From SAR116 cluster bacterium AG-355-O21 (GTDB lineage: Bacteria; Pseudomonadota; Alphaproteobacteria; Thalassobaculales; Thalassobaculaceae), in the NCBI GenBank assembly GCA_003280605.1, contig QCEM01000003.1:24210-88209 (forward strand): a stretch of 64,000 nt of DNA. Direction: 5' to 3'. A program made the position numbers and the translations under genes. Shown here one piece after another: positions 36,065 to 46,470 of this stretch. The notes beneath the pieces are model-generated. The model saw nothing but the letters and a program-made list of their open reading frames with translations, was not told the origin of the DNA and ran no database searches. Position 1 is the first letter of the stretch. Each line of letters begins with the position of its first letter.

Positions 36065-37237
36065 TTAAATGCCCATATCGTTCAGGTTATAATCGCGGAT
36101 GTCGGCGCGCGCGGCATCGGACCACTGGTAGTCTGCAGCGGCATCCGCCAATGGCTGATAGGTATACGAAGGTTCATCCGGATAGCGCTGTTGGCGGGCC
36201 GCGATGCCATACATGATCAGGCGGGAGCGATGGCGGATATAGGCATCATCGAATAAGGCAACCGGGTTATGAACGCCGCCACTGCGCACCCCCAGAACCG
36301 AACGCCGGCGATGAAAGCCCATGTTCAAGGTGACGCGCGGATTATCACTGGTATTGGCGAACGAGCCATGAATGGTTTGCCGATTGGTGATCGCCACATC
36401 ACCAGGTCCACAAATTAACGGAACCGCTGCGGGCAGGCGATCGGAGCCGGCCGCCGCCACCATTGCTGCAATATCGTGTTTGCCGCCATGGTGTGATCCG
36501 GGTACCACCCATAAGCCATTGGCCGCATCACAGCCGTACACCTGCGCCATAAAATTAAAGCCATGAGTGCCCTCGTCTAGGTCAGGGGAGTCCCAATGCG
36601 TCCACGGATCTTGATGCCACGCAACCGAGCCGCCAAGACGTGGTTGCTTAACCCAAATAACCTCATTAAACGGCGTGAAATCGTCACCATTAATGGCGGC
36701 GGCAACCGCCAACAGATCAGGATGGCCATAGACTCGCAAATGGGCATCGCAATGTTGCAGCGGCCCATGGATCACCTGGACAACATATTCCGGGGCCCCG
36801 ACCGGCGCCAACGGCTCCACCATTTTCGAGGGGTGTCGGCCGTTATTTGCGGCAGTACCGCCAAGCGGATCTGACAATGGTTTGACCCAATTAATGGATC
36901 GGGTTTCGCAGTCGGCATTGAATGCGGGGTTGCCGAAACGGTCCTCTTTAGCATCCGGCCCGACCGGCGCACGGGACAACAGATCCGCCAGCTCGGCCTC
37001 AATCTCGGTGCATTCTTCGGCGTCCAACACGCCTTCAAAAATATAAAAGCCATGGCGCCTGTAGGCATCCAAAATCGCCGCGTCCAAACGGCCGTCCTGA
37101 TCGAAGCGGATCGGGCCGCGGTTATCCATCGCCAAAGCACGCGCCGTGCCGTCCGCCCGGTAGGCAATCATTGCGGCTTCATCATCGCCATAGTCAGCTG
37201 CGCCAACCGCCGGCGTATTTAAATCAAGGTTCTGCAT
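36065..37237 (-). CDS. Phytanoyl-CoA dioxygenase (PhyH) family Fe(II)/2-oxoglutarate oxygenase
   Basis: HGFYIFEGVLDAEEC N-terminal motif and WHQDP..H..D facial-triad region. The start was placed at MQNL. Confidence 0.6.
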   Translation of the reverse strand: MQNLDLNTPAVGAADYGDDEAAMIAYRADGTARALAMDNRGPIRFDQDGRLDAAILDAYRRHGFYIFEGVLDAEECTEIEAELADLLSRAPVGPDAKEDRFGNPAFNADCETRSINWVKPLSDPLGGTAANNGRHPSKMVEPLAPVGAPEYVVQVIHGPLQHCDAHLRVYGHPDLLAVAAAINGDDFTPFNEVIWVKQPRLGGSVAWHQDPWTHWDSPDLDEGTHGFNFMAQVYGCDAANGLWVVPGSHHGGKHDIAAMVAAAGSDRLPAAVPLICGPGDVAITNRQTIHGSFANTSDNPRVTLNMGFHRRRSVLGVRSGGVHNPVALFDDAYIRHRSRLIMYGIAARQQRYPDEPSYTYQPLADAAADYQWSDAARADIRDYNLNDMGI

Positions 37238-37427
37238 ACAACCTCCCAGCTTGGTCTTTTTTCTCACCGGCGCGTTAACCGCCCGGTATGCTTGCCAAGG
37301 CTAGCAATCTTCGCAGCGCCTATTCAAACAATTTATCCACGCCCAAGGTCGGCAAGCACTGCATAAGCGCCCGCCACAGCCGGCAGAATGTCGGCAAAAA
37401 TCCCTGCTCAACCGCCAGGCTCAGGCG

Positions 37428-37822
37428 TTAGCCCGGCTTTTCGGCATGGCTTAAAACTTCCCACTCGATGTTATCGTCATCATAGAAATAGAATGGCCGT
37501 CCCGGCGCATAGGGCTCAACCGTTCGCACGGTAAAGCCGGCGTCTTCGACCCGCGCCTGCATCTCCTCAAGGTTCTCAACAACCACCCCAACATGGTTTA
37601 GGCCGCCGTGGCTGGTATAGGAATTTGATGCTTTGCGGGTGTCCCCTGGAGGCGCATACAGCGCGATATAGTTATTGTCGGACCCACATGGGCGGACCAA
37701 CCGGCGTCAATCGATTCCCCTTGCCAGCGGATCTGCCAATCAAACAGCCGACAAAGCATGCGAGCGGTTTTTGTTACGTCGGAAACGATCATATTGAGAT
37801 GTTCCAAACGTCCTTGCTGCAT
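37428..37822 (-). pseudogene. VOC (glyoxalase/bleomycin-resistance/dioxygenase) family gene split by one frameshift
   Basis: ORFs 37598..37822 (LEHLNMIVSDVTKTARM..) and 37428..37700 (..SDNNYIALY..GGLNHVGVVVENLEE..) are the two halves of one VOC domain. They overlap in different frames, with the shift near 37683. Confidence 0.65.
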
Positions 37823-37876
37823 TGGTTTTCTCCCTTTTTTCTGTGTTTTTAGGGTTTATCCTCGGCCAGGTTAATT

Positions 37877-37894
37877 CCTCAACCTAACTTGAGG
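37877..37894. promoter_or_regulatory. SoxR binding site inside a long-spacer promoter facing the VOC gene
   Basis: CCTCAACCTAACTTGAGG against the SoxR box CCTCAAGTTAACTTGAGG (16/18). On the minus strand, TTGACC - 19 nt - TAACCT brackets it, like the E. coli soxS promoter. Confidence 0.8.
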
Positions 37895-37917
37895 TCAAGG
37901 TTTTTTTGGAGACCCTG

Positions 37918-38370
37918 ATGCTGGCATCTGATTTTTTATCTATCGGTCAATTGGCGGGCCGGGTTGGCGTTTCGGTCTCGGCAATTCGATTTTATGAGAG
38001 CCGCGGCCTGATTACCTCCGAGCGCAATCGCGGCGGGCAGCGGCGCTTTCGCCGATCGGACATCCGCCGTCTCGCGTTTATCCAAATTACCCAGGGTTTG
38101 GGTTTCACCATCGCCGAAATTGCTGATGTCTTGGCAAGCCTGCCGGAGAACCGCACTCCCAATAAAGCGGACTGGTCGCGCATCAGCAAGAACATCCAAA
38201 TCGCCCTTGACGAGCGAATTACTGAGCTTCAGCGGCTGCAAACGAAACTCGATGGCTGCATCGGTTGTGGCTGCTTATCGCTTCAAGTGTGTAACTTGTA
38301 CCATCCACAGGATAAGGCCGCAACCGAGGGCGCCGGGCCACGGTATTTGATCGCCGAGCCGCCAAGATAA
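37918..38370 (+). CDS. soxR: Redox-sensitive MerR-family regulator SoxR
   Basis: MerR HTH (LSIGQLAGRVGVSVSAIRFYESRGLI) and the [2Fe-2S] motif CIGCGCLSLQVCNLYHP. Confidence 0.9.
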   Translation: MLASDFLSIGQLAGRVGVSVSAIRFYESRGLITSERNRGGQRRFRRSDIRRLAFIQITQGLGFTIAEIADVLASLPENRTPNKADWSRISKNIQIALDERITELQRLQTKLDGCIGCGCLSLQVCNLYHPQDKAATEGAGPRYLIAEPPR

Positions 38371-38502
38371 CGGCCGGCACCACAGCGGCAGTCGTTGGCG
38401 AAATTAGCGCCGGGATGCTGTGATACACTCGGCCCAAGGAACGTAAGCGGCGCCAGCGGCATTGACCGCGCAAAGCTGCGGCCAGGCCACCGCGCCACAG
38501 TC

Positions 38503-39375
38503 TTAGGCTTGATCGATGATATCACCTGCAACCGCCGTATAATCTGCATCGGCAGCAAGTTTATCGGCACTATCGGCCCAGATCGTTCCAACCAAAGCGG
38601 TCACATTGGCCGGAGTCTCGGTTGCCGCTGCCAGCGCCATGGCGAGGCGAACGTCCTTGCGCATCAGCGCCGCACTGAAGCCGAAATCAAATGTCCCGGT
38701 GAGCACATGTGGCGGAAAGACAACTTCACTGATGAGCGAACGACCCGAACTGGCATTGACCACGTCAAATAAGATCTTTGGATCGACCCCGGCCTTTTTG
38801 GCCAACAGGGCGGCTTCGGCTGAAATCACCACATGACTTGCCGTCATGAGGTTATTGACTAGCTTCACCACATTACCTGCCCCGGAAGGGCCGATATGGA
38901 TCAGCTTTGCCGACATTGCTTCTAGAACCGGCCGGGCACGCTCAAAGTCAGCTTCAGCACCGCCGACCATAATTGCCAAGCTGCCGCTATTGGCCCCGGT
39001 TGGGCCACCGGAAACAGGCGTGTCCAGGAAGCCGTGACCGGCCTCCGCCATAACCGACGCGAGCTGTTGGCTCATTGCCGGCTCCGAGGTGGTTGCATCC
39101 ATCACCAGCATGCCGGCGCGATTTGATTCCATAATCCCGCCCGGTCCTGTCACCACGGCTTCCACATGGCGTGCTTCCGGCAAAGACAAAACGACTTGAT
39201 CGGTCGCGATACAAACCGCAGCGATATTCTCAACAACTTGCGCGCCGAGTTTTTCCGCCGCCGCCCGGCGGTCCGGATCAAGATCGGTCCCGATAACCTC
39301 AAAACCTTCACGGATCAGGGTTTCGACCATGCCGATCCCCATTTGCCCCAAACCAATAACCCCAACCATGCTCAT
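38503..39375 (-). CDS. 3-hydroxyisobutyrate dehydrogenase family NAD(P)-dependent oxidoreductase
   Basis: VGVIGLGQMGIGMVETL, DTPVSGG and the HIBADH-type C-terminal domain. Confidence 0.8.
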   Translation of the reverse strand: MSMVGVIGLGQMGIGMVETLIREGFEVIGTDLDPDRRAAAEKLGAQVVENIAAVCIATDQVVLSLPEARHVEAVVTGPGGIMESNRAGMLVMDATTSEPAMSQQLASVMAEAGHGFLDTPVSGGPTGANSGSLAIMVGGAEADFERARPVLEAMSAKLIHIGPSGAGNVVKLVNNLMTASHVVISAEAALLAKKAGVDPKILFDVVNASSGRSLISEVVFPPHVLTGTFDFGFSAALMRKDVRLAMALAAATETPANVTALVGTIWADSADKLAADADYTAVAGDIIDQA

Positions 39376-39477
39376 GACGTTTCTCTTTTCCTACTGAAAT
39401 ACATCCAAAAATGATCGCGGTTGCGTCATATGTGTCAATCACCCTGCCAGCACCGCGCCTGACAGTTGACCCTTCGC

Positions 39478-40341
39478 TCAGGTTAAAAGGAATGATCGCA
39501 CTTGGGCAATCTCGTCAGCGCTGGTCAGACCAGGGCAATGGCCGATCCCGGGCATCGCATAAACCGCGCTTCGCGGCCCCGTCGCCCGCATCCTCTCGAC
39601 CGTATCAGCTGACAACAGGATTGAGTCCACGCCCCAAATGGTCAAAACCGGAATATTAATCCGATCCCATTGCGCCCACATATCTGCATCGCTGGTGTCG
39701 CGGCCATAGATGATACGCGGATCATAATGCAACCGCCATTGGCCGTCTGCACTGCGCATCAGGCTATCGCGGGCAAACTTCATTGCCGCTTCCGGGGTGA
39801 ACGGGCCAAAGGATTTTCGCGTCTCCAGGACAAATTCAATGGCTTCTTGATCGCTTGGGTAAACAGCCGCCGCTGCCGCCCGATTGGTATTTGCCGCCCG
39901 GCTGGCACCACTAATGAACGGGCCAATATCATTTAACACCAAGCGGCGGATAGGGGTTCGCGGCAAACTGGCAAGGCACATCCCCAAGATGCCGCCCATT
40001 GAGGTACCGACCCAATCGACACTGCTTACCCCACTGACCGCGATCAGGGACGCAAGAAGACTTTGGAAATACGGATAATTATAATCAGCCGGATCCGGCA
40101 ACCAGTCACTGCCGCCGCGCCCCGGCATGTCGATCGCAAGAACCCGATATTCATCGGCCAGGGCCGCCGCCAAAGTATCAAAATCAAGACGGTTACGAGA
40201 TAGGCCATGGACACAGATCAACACCTTGGGATTATCACCATCGCCCCATTCGCGATAACACAAGTTATGGAATCCACTATTGGCGACAAACGGCAGATAG
40301 CGGTCACGAAACGGCGGCGTGGTCACGGATTTATTCTCCAC
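39478..40341 (-). CDS. Alpha/beta hydrolase
   Basis: ICVHGLSRN and nucleophile elbow GTSMGG. 287 aa. Confidence 0.8.
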   Translation of the reverse strand: MENKSVTTPPFRDRYLPFVANSGFHNLCYREWGDGDNPKVLICVHGLSRNRLDFDTLAAALADEYRVLAIDMPGRGGSDWLPDPADYNYPYFQSLLASLIAVSGVSSVDWVGTSMGGILGMCLASLPRTPIRRLVLNDIGPFISGASRAANTNRAAAAAVYPSDQEAIEFVLETRKSFGPFTPEAAMKFARDSLMRSADGQWRLHYDPRIIYGRDTSDADMWAQWDRINIPVLTIWGVDSILLSADTVERMRATGPRSAVYAMPGIGHCPGLTSADEIAQVRSFLLT

Positions 40342-40501
40342 AACTGATCAGTGAGTCACATCTCGGGCCGTTAGCGAATACCGATCAGCGCCATCTGTCA
40401 ACGCGGCAATCATCCAAAACACCGACAGCGCCTGTTTGTGCTTGTTGTTGGACAGGTGCCGACTAGGTTAAGCTCGAGGTCCGAGACAAGAAGGTCAAAG
40501 C

Positions 40502-41440
40502 ATGACAAAGACAGTTGCCATTATTGGCGCCGGGATGGCCGGCATTGCCGCCGGCCGTCAGCTGCACGCGAACGGCTGGACGCCGACCCTATTTGACAAA
40601 AGCCGCGGTATCGGTGGCAGGCTCGCAACCCGCCGCAGCGATCATTGGCGCTTTGACCATGGCTGCCCGCATTTTATCGCCACTGATGATCGCTTCCAAG
40701 CGCTGCTTGATAGCTTGCATCATCGCCGCTCGCTGCATATTTGGGCAGCCGGTGGCAGCATCGGGCAACCTGGCATGAGCGGCGCCGCCCGTGCGGCTGC
40801 CGGCGATCTTACTGTGATCGGCCAAGCGGAAGTTACAGCCGTTAAAAAAACCTCCTGTGGCTGGCGGATCGCTGACCGAGACGGGGTGATTGAGGCCCCC
40901 GGCAACGGCGCCTTTTCAGCCCTGGTCTTGGCCCTGCCAAGCCCGCAAATCATGCCGATTTTAAAGACGGCGGATATCACCATCCCGGCCCTGCAAAACG
41001 TTGTTTACGCCCCCTGTTGGACGCTGATGTTGGGCTTCGAGACGGCACCGGACCTGGCCACACCGATGCAGCGATTTGACCACGGACCGCTTGAAAAAAT
41101 CATTGATGAAACCGACAAGCCTGGGCGCGCCGGGACCGTCGTTGTGCATGCCGGCGCTGCCTGGTCACGGCAAAACTTAGAACGCGATAAAGAGGATATT
41201 GCCGCCGAGATGCTTGCGCTGTTTCAAGCGGCCAGCGGCCTTGGCACCGCTCCAAGCTATAAATCGGCGCATCGCTGGCGCTATGCCAATGTTGAGCGGT
41301 CGGCGGCTGTACCCTTTATCTGGGATGCCGCGCACAGTCTCGGTCTCGCCGGCGACTGGGCCAATGGCCCGGGAGTTGAAGCGGCCTTTTTAAGTGGCCA
41401 TGATCTGGCCGCAGAAATGAGCGCTGCCGCAAATCTGTAA
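40502..41440 (+). CDS. NAD(P)/FAD-dependent oxidoreductase (renalase-like, COG3380 type)
   Basis: VAIIGAGMAGIAAGRQL..DKSRGIGGRLATRR. Confidence 0.6.
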   Translation: MTKTVAIIGAGMAGIAAGRQLHANGWTPTLFDKSRGIGGRLATRRSDHWRFDHGCPHFIATDDRFQALLDSLHHRRSLHIWAAGGSIGQPGMSGAARAAAGDLTVIGQAEVTAVKKTSCGWRIADRDGVIEAPGNGAFSALVLALPSPQIMPILKTADITIPALQNVVYAPCWTLMLGFETAPDLATPMQRFDHGPLEKIIDETDKPGRAGTVVVHAGAAWSRQNLERDKEDIAAEMLALFQAASGLGTAPSYKSAHRWRYANVERSAAVPFIWDAAHSLGLAGDWANGPGVEAAFLSGHDLAAEMSAAANL

Positions 41441-41464
41441 ATGACGTAAAGAGGGAATTCAGAG

Positions 41465-42175
41465 ATGCCAAAGCCTGTTTGTATCGTCACCGGGGTCGGC
41501 CCGGAAAAGGGCACCGGCGCCGAGATTGTCCGGCGCTTTTCCGAGGGCGGCTACCAGGTCGCAATGCTGGCGCGAAATGCCGATAATCTGAATTTTCTGG
41601 CCGAGAAATATACCGCTGCAAAGGCTTATCCCTGCGATGTTGGTGCGCTTGACAGCTTGGTCGCGACCATCGCTCAAATCAAAGCTGAGATGGGCGATCC
41701 GGTAGTTGTCATCCATAACGCCCTAAGATCGACACGGGGCAGCATTTTAGAAATGGATCCACTGGATCTGGAGCGTAATTTCAGGGTCAACACCACAACG
41801 CTTTTGTACCTGGCACGCGAAACATTGCCGGCCATGCAAGCTGCCGGCAAAGGCGCCATTTTGGTGACCGGTAACACCTCGGCGACACGTGGCAAATCGC
41901 ACTGGGGCTTCTTTGCCTCAACCAAAGCGGCGCAGCGCATCCTTGCAGAATCGATGGCCCGTGAGTTTGGTCCACAGGGTATTCACGTGGCGTATTTCTT
42001 AATCGATGCCTCCATCGACACGCCCCGGACACGGCCGCTGCTGGCCGCCGATAAGCCGGATGATTTTTTTGCCAAACCATCGGCAATCGCCGATGAAATG
42101 TTTCATGTCGCCCATCAAGACCGCTCTACCTGGTCTTTTTTGGTGGAATTACGGCCCTTCGGCGAGGTTTGGTAA
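41465..42175 (+). CDS. Short-chain dehydrogenase/reductase (SDR)
   Basis: TGVGPEKGTGAEIVRRF and NAL..; 236 aa. Confidence 0.75.
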   Translation: MPKPVCIVTGVGPEKGTGAEIVRRFSEGGYQVAMLARNADNLNFLAEKYTAAKAYPCDVGALDSLVATIAQIKAEMGDPVVVIHNALRSTRGSILEMDPLDLERNFRVNTTTLLYLARETLPAMQAAGKGAILVTGNTSATRGKSHWGFFASTKAAQRILAESMAREFGPQGIHVAYFLIDASIDTPRTRPLLAADKPDDFFAKPSAIADEMFHVAHQDRSTWSFLVELRPFGEVW

Positions 42176-42195
42176 CGGCCCCTGGATGCTGCCGG

Positions 42196-43869
42196 TCACG
42201 CCGCCTGCGGCGGCAAAGCACGGTTAATAATCGCCTCAAAATCAGTCCCCACCGGCAAACCGCCAAAGGCCATCAAACCATCCTCAAGCCGGGCTTGGCA
42301 AAATGCGTCCGCCGCCGCCGCTGAGGCGTGCCGAACCATCAATGTGGCTTGCAAAACAACCGCCATCTGTTCCGTCAGACGCCGCGCCCGTGCTTCTAAA
42401 TGATGATGGTCGTCAAGCGCGGCACGTAATCGGTCGATCGCCCGATCAAGTGCCGGATGGCCACCGCGGGCCAATTCCAATTCATCAAACAGCGCCGTGA
42501 CAGTTAACGGTTCACGCGCCATCGCCCGCAAGACATCGAGACACAACACATTGCCGCAGCCTTCCCAAATACTGTTGATCGGCGCCTCACGATATAACCG
42601 CGGCAAGACGGATTCTTCGATATAGCCGGAGCCGCCATGACATTCCATCGCTTCAAAAACATGCCCAGGCGCGCGTTTGGAATTCCAATATTTGGCAATG
42701 GCGGTCGCAATGCGGGCAAAAGCGGCGGCATGTGGATCGTCATCGGCCTGGTCCATGGCCCGTGCCACCCGTAGCCCAAGATACATTCCGGCCTCTGCCT
42801 CTAGCGCCAAATCTGCCAACACATTTGCCATTAACGGCTGATCCGACAGAGTCCGCTGAAAGGCGCGTCGATTGCGGGTCCAATGGGTTGCTTGCACCAA
42901 GCCTTGGCGCATTAATCCGGCCGATGCCATGGCGCAGTAAACCCGGTTACCTTGCACCATATCAATAATCGTGCGAATGCCGCGGCCTTCATTGCCAACC
43001 ATCAGCCCCCAGGTATCCTGCATTTCAATTTCGCTTGAGGCATTGGATCGATTGCCGAGCTTATCTTTCAAACGCTGGATAAACAGTTGGTTGCGCTGCC
43101 CATCCGGGGTCCAGCGAGGGACCAAAAAACAGCTGATCCCACTGTCGGTCATGGCTAAAGTCAAAAACCCGTCGCACATCGGCGCCGAGCAAAAATATTT
43201 ATGACCTGTCAGCAAATACGGTGCACCGATGCCACTGGCCGTGCCCAACGGCACCGCATGGGTCGAATTGCTGCGCACATCCGAGCCGCCCTGTTTTTCG
43301 GTCATGAACATGCCGATGGTGGCACCGGTTTTTTCGTCAACCGGAATATCGCGCGGATCATAGCTGGTCGATAATAAACGCGGAATCCAGGCCTCGGCGA
43401 TTTCCGGCGTGCTGCGTAACGACGGGATCGCCGCATAGGTCATTGCCATCGGGCACATCACCCCGCCTTCGACCTGATTGAACATATAGGTCAAAGCAGC
43501 ATGGCCAACCTGTGCCCCCGGGCCGGCGTGATGCCAGGCAAAACTTGCAACCTTGTGCTCGATCGCCAGCGCCATCAAATCATGGTAGGCAGGATGGTAG
43601 TCAACTTGATTAATGCGCATCCCATAACGGTCGTAGGCGTTAAGCTTCGGGCCGTGCCGGTTCGCTTGGTCAGCCTTATCAAAACTCGCTTCGCTGCCGA
43701 CGGCGGCACCTAAAGCATTCAAATCCGCGCTCGCCCAACCGGCACCTTCACGGGCTACAGCGGCCATCAAAAGCGGGTCGTCTCGCCATAGATTTTGGTC
43801 GCCAATATGCGGCGGCATATTGATAACCTCATGGGTCGGTAACTGCGCGGCGGGCCGGCGTGGCTGCAT
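42196..43869 (-). CDS. AidB-like acyl-CoA dehydrogenase family protein
   Basis: MTEKQGGSDVRSN and the overall 557-aa architecture typical of AidB-type ACADs. Confidence 0.75.
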   Translation of the reverse strand: MQPRRPAAQLPTHEVINMPPHIGDQNLWRDDPLLMAAVAREGAGWASADLNALGAAVGSEASFDKADQANRHGPKLNAYDRYGMRINQVDYHPAYHDLMALAIEHKVASFAWHHAGPGAQVGHAALTYMFNQVEGGVMCPMAMTYAAIPSLRSTPEIAEAWIPRLLSTSYDPRDIPVDEKTGATIGMFMTEKQGGSDVRSNSTHAVPLGTASGIGAPYLLTGHKYFCSAPMCDGFLTLAMTDSGISCFLVPRWTPDGQRNQLFIQRLKDKLGNRSNASSEIEMQDTWGLMVGNEGRGIRTIIDMVQGNRVYCAMASAGLMRQGLVQATHWTRNRRAFQRTLSDQPLMANVLADLALEAEAGMYLGLRVARAMDQADDDPHAAAFARIATAIAKYWNSKRAPGHVFEAMECHGGSGYIEESVLPRLYREAPINSIWEGCGNVLCLDVLRAMAREPLTVTALFDELELARGGHPALDRAIDRLRAALDDHHHLEARARRLTEQMAVVLQATLMVRHASAAAADAFCQARLEDGLMAFGGLPVGTDFEAIINRALPPQAA

Positions 43870-44172
43870 GGCTGTCCCTCATTGAAAGGTTGATGTTGGC
43901 CTTTGGTCTTTGGGAACGATGCCGAATTCGGCCAAAATGAGCAATCATAATCGTTGGTTTTCAGCCACCGGTGGCGGCAAGCCGGTAGCCGCGCGATAGT
44001 ATGCGATGCGATTGTTATTATCCACTTTCAACGCTAATGTAGCGACACCGTTTGAAGATCGGTCAGCAAGCCTTATGCTGATCGCCAACACCCAAGATGG
44101 CCGCAACGGCAGTGATGCTTGTGCCGCCCATTGCCCCGCGCAAGCAAGGGTATTAAACAACAGGAGGCCAAG

Positions 44173-44832
44173 ATGGCTGTTCTTCGTCACACCTATACAC
44201 CAGCCACCATTGCCGATGCCTTGATAGCCCGCTGGCAGCAGGTACCGCCGGCCATTGCCGGCGATTGTCTGAATCGTGAAAATTGCATGAATGGCCGCAT
44301 CGCCCCAATCTCTGCCGGTCTCACCTTAACCGGTGTCGCCCGAACCGTGACCCCCATGGCAGGAGATAACGCGGCGATCCATGTGATGCTGGCATTGGCC
44401 GACCCGGGCGATATCATCGTGGTCGCCGGCGGCGGCAACCTCGACATCGCGTTGATGGGCGGGTTAATGATCGAAGCTGCAAAAGCTCGCGGCATCGGCG
44501 GCGTCATTGTTGACGGTGCGGTCCGCGACCTGGCCGAATTACGTGCCTCAGGCGTGCCCGTATTTGCCGCCGGCGCCTGCCCGCGCGGCCCCCATAAGGG
44601 CTTTGGTGGGCGCATTGACGGTGCTGCTGCCTGCGGTGATGTGGCCGTTCACGCCGGAGATTTAATTCTTGGTGATGATGACGGGGTTGCGGTTGTACCG
44701 CAGGCGCAGATCAGCAGCTTGATCGATGCCTGTGAGGCAAAAATGGCCGCCGAAGAAAAAGATCTGGTGAAAATTCGCAGCGGCGTGACCACCGTTGAGC
44801 TACAGGGCCTGGAAATCCCCAAAGCATTTTAA
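44173..44832 (+). CDS. RraA-family protein (RraA / 4-hydroxy-4-methyl-2-oxoglutarate aldolase type)
   Basis: SD AGGAGG. GDIIVVAGGGNLDIALMGGLM..GGVIVDGAVRD. Confidence 0.8.
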   Translation: MAVLRHTYTPATIADALIARWQQVPPAIAGDCLNRENCMNGRIAPISAGLTLTGVARTVTPMAGDNAAIHVMLALADPGDIIVVAGGGNLDIALMGGLMIEAAKARGIGGVIVDGAVRDLAELRASGVPVFAAGACPRGPHKGFGGRIDGAAACGDVAVHAGDLILGDDDGVAVVPQAQISSLIDACEAKMAAEEKDLVKIRSGVTTVELQGLEIPKAF

Positions 44833-44841
44833 GCACGCGCC

Positions 44842-45729
44842 CTAATCGGCCGAACGGCTGCGGGAGAAAAATAAGGCACCAATGATCAGCGAACCACCCA
44901 GCATTTGACTGAGCGTTAGCCGCTCGCCCAACAGCAAAAAAGCGATGATGATCGTGATCAGCGGTTCCAGATTGCTGATCGCGGCACTGCGCACGGAACC
45001 AAGCCGCGCGATGGTTGCGTAAAGTGCCGTTAGCGCAATGACATAGGCAATCGCCGCGCCCACGACACCGCCCCAGCCAACTCTGCTGGCGGGCCATTGA
45101 TGGTCGCCGACAATCAAGCCAAGGGTGATGTAGAAAATCCCCGCCCCCCAAATCGCACCCAAAGATAACGAGGTGCTGGGCAGGTATTGTGACATCCGGC
45201 GGCTGACCAAGTAACCAACGGCCACAGCCATGCCAGCCATCAGGGCCAGGCCCATACCGCGCGGATCAGCCTGCTCCCAACTCACCCCAAAAATTATTAC
45301 CAAACCGCCGAAAGCCACTGCCAAACCAAGCGCCCGCCGGCCGGAAACGCGCTCATGGCCGGACAAGTGGGCGAGCACCGCAACCAGAATGGGGAAACAG
45401 AAAAAAATCAGTGTCGCCAATCCCACAGGGATATAACGCACCGAGGTCATGTAACCGAATGAACCGACAATCGTGACCATCGCCAGCGCCCCGACACCGC
45501 GCCAATGGCTGAACATCGGCCGGATTGGCCAGCGTAAGATCAGCGCCACCACCGTCATCGTCGATACCGCCACCACAAATCGCACGACCTGGAAGCTGAG
45601 CACGCCAATGCCGTCATCAAACGCCAAACGCGCCAGATTTGGGGCCGTCGCAAAGAACAGGATCATGATCAGGGCGAGCAGCAGACCAAGACGATCAACC
45701 GACGGCACGGCGGCGGGGGAAGTGGCCAT
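44842..45729 (-). CDS. DMT-superfamily (EamA-like) transporter
   Basis: About ten predicted TM helices in two EamA-like halves. The start is uncertain (an internal Met was chosen). Confidence 0.7.
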   Translation of the reverse strand: MATSPAAVPSVDRLGLLLALIMILFFATAPNLARLAFDDGIGVLSFQVVRFVVAVSTMTVVALILRWPIRPMFSHWRGVGALAMVTIVGSFGYMTSVRYIPVGLATLIFFCFPILVAVLAHLSGHERVSGRRALGLAVAFGGLVIIFGVSWEQADPRGMGLALMAGMAVAVGYLVSRRMSQYLPSTSLSLGAIWGAGIFYITLGLIVGDHQWPASRVGWGGVVGAAIAYVIALTALYATIARLGSVRSAAISNLEPLITIIIAFLLLGERLTLSQMLGGSLIIGALFFSRSRSAD

Positions 45730-45965
45730 GGGAACGATCCTCTGGTCGGCAAGTGCGGACAAAAATATTATCGGACCATCAACAGGCAGCAGTATGATGG
45801 CGGCGTTTGGCCGCCCGATCATCGCCGTGGGCCAGCACACGCGTGGCGGCGATGATAGCTGGTTTTCGGCAAACCGCCACCATGGCGTGTGGCCGCCGAC
45901 GACACCGGCGTCGAAGCTTCGCCGCCAACAACTTGGGGCTATGGATCAGCCGCCGCAGCTGCCCG

Positions 45966-46292
45966 TTACCGGCGCGCCGATGGCGCCTTCTTTTTCGCCG
46001 CCGTTGCTTGCGGTTTCGCCGCCGCACGTGGTTTGGCGGGCGGTTTCGGCTTTGCGGCCTGCTCTAACGCCGCCAAGCGTGTCGCCAACGCTTCATTTTC
46101 GGCGCGTGCCTTTTCAGCCATCACCCGCACCGCCTCAAATTCTTCCCTGGTGACCAAGTCACGGTCGGTAAGAAAGCGCTCAAACTGCTGGCGCACCATT
46201 TGTTCGACTTCTTGGCGCATCCCGGTTGCGACTGAAACTGCGCCATTCGCCATTTTGGCAAGGTCATCGAAAAATCTATTTGAACTTTGCAT
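45966..46292 (-). CDS. ubiK: UbiK/BMFP-family accessory factor
   Basis: FFDDLAKMA..RDLVTREEFEAVRVMAEKAR coiled-coil matches the YqiC/UbiK pattern (DLVSREEFD), with an Ala/Lys/Pro-rich tail. Confidence 0.7.
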   Translation of the reverse strand: MQSSNRFFDDLAKMANGAVSVATGMRQEVEQMVRQQFERFLTDRDLVTREEFEAVRVMAEKARAENEALATRLAALEQAAKPKPPAKPRAAAKPQATAAKKKAPSARR

Positions 46293-46470
46293 TGTTCGTC
46301 CTCCAGATTGCCTCCTTGATATGCAACCTGCCGTTAAAAAAAACAATCCCCTTGGAAAATCAAATCTACCCAATGGATGCCGCTATATGCTTTGTCGGCG
46401 TGCAGCGATGGTGTAAAAATCAATCCGCAAAGACGGATAATTGCAGCAACCGTCGCAGGGGGAGACAGAT

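Noticed and set aside
45473-46153. Long ORFs antisense to or overlapping confident genes, for example 45473..46153(+), 48412..48987(-), 7693..8235(-), 190..699(-), 55331..55882(-) and 58324..58806(+).
   Set aside because: They are shadow ORFs typical of GC-rich coding DNA. Their composition is low-complexity and Arg/Ala/Pro-rich, they have no motifs, and each overlaps a gene with strong family signatures.
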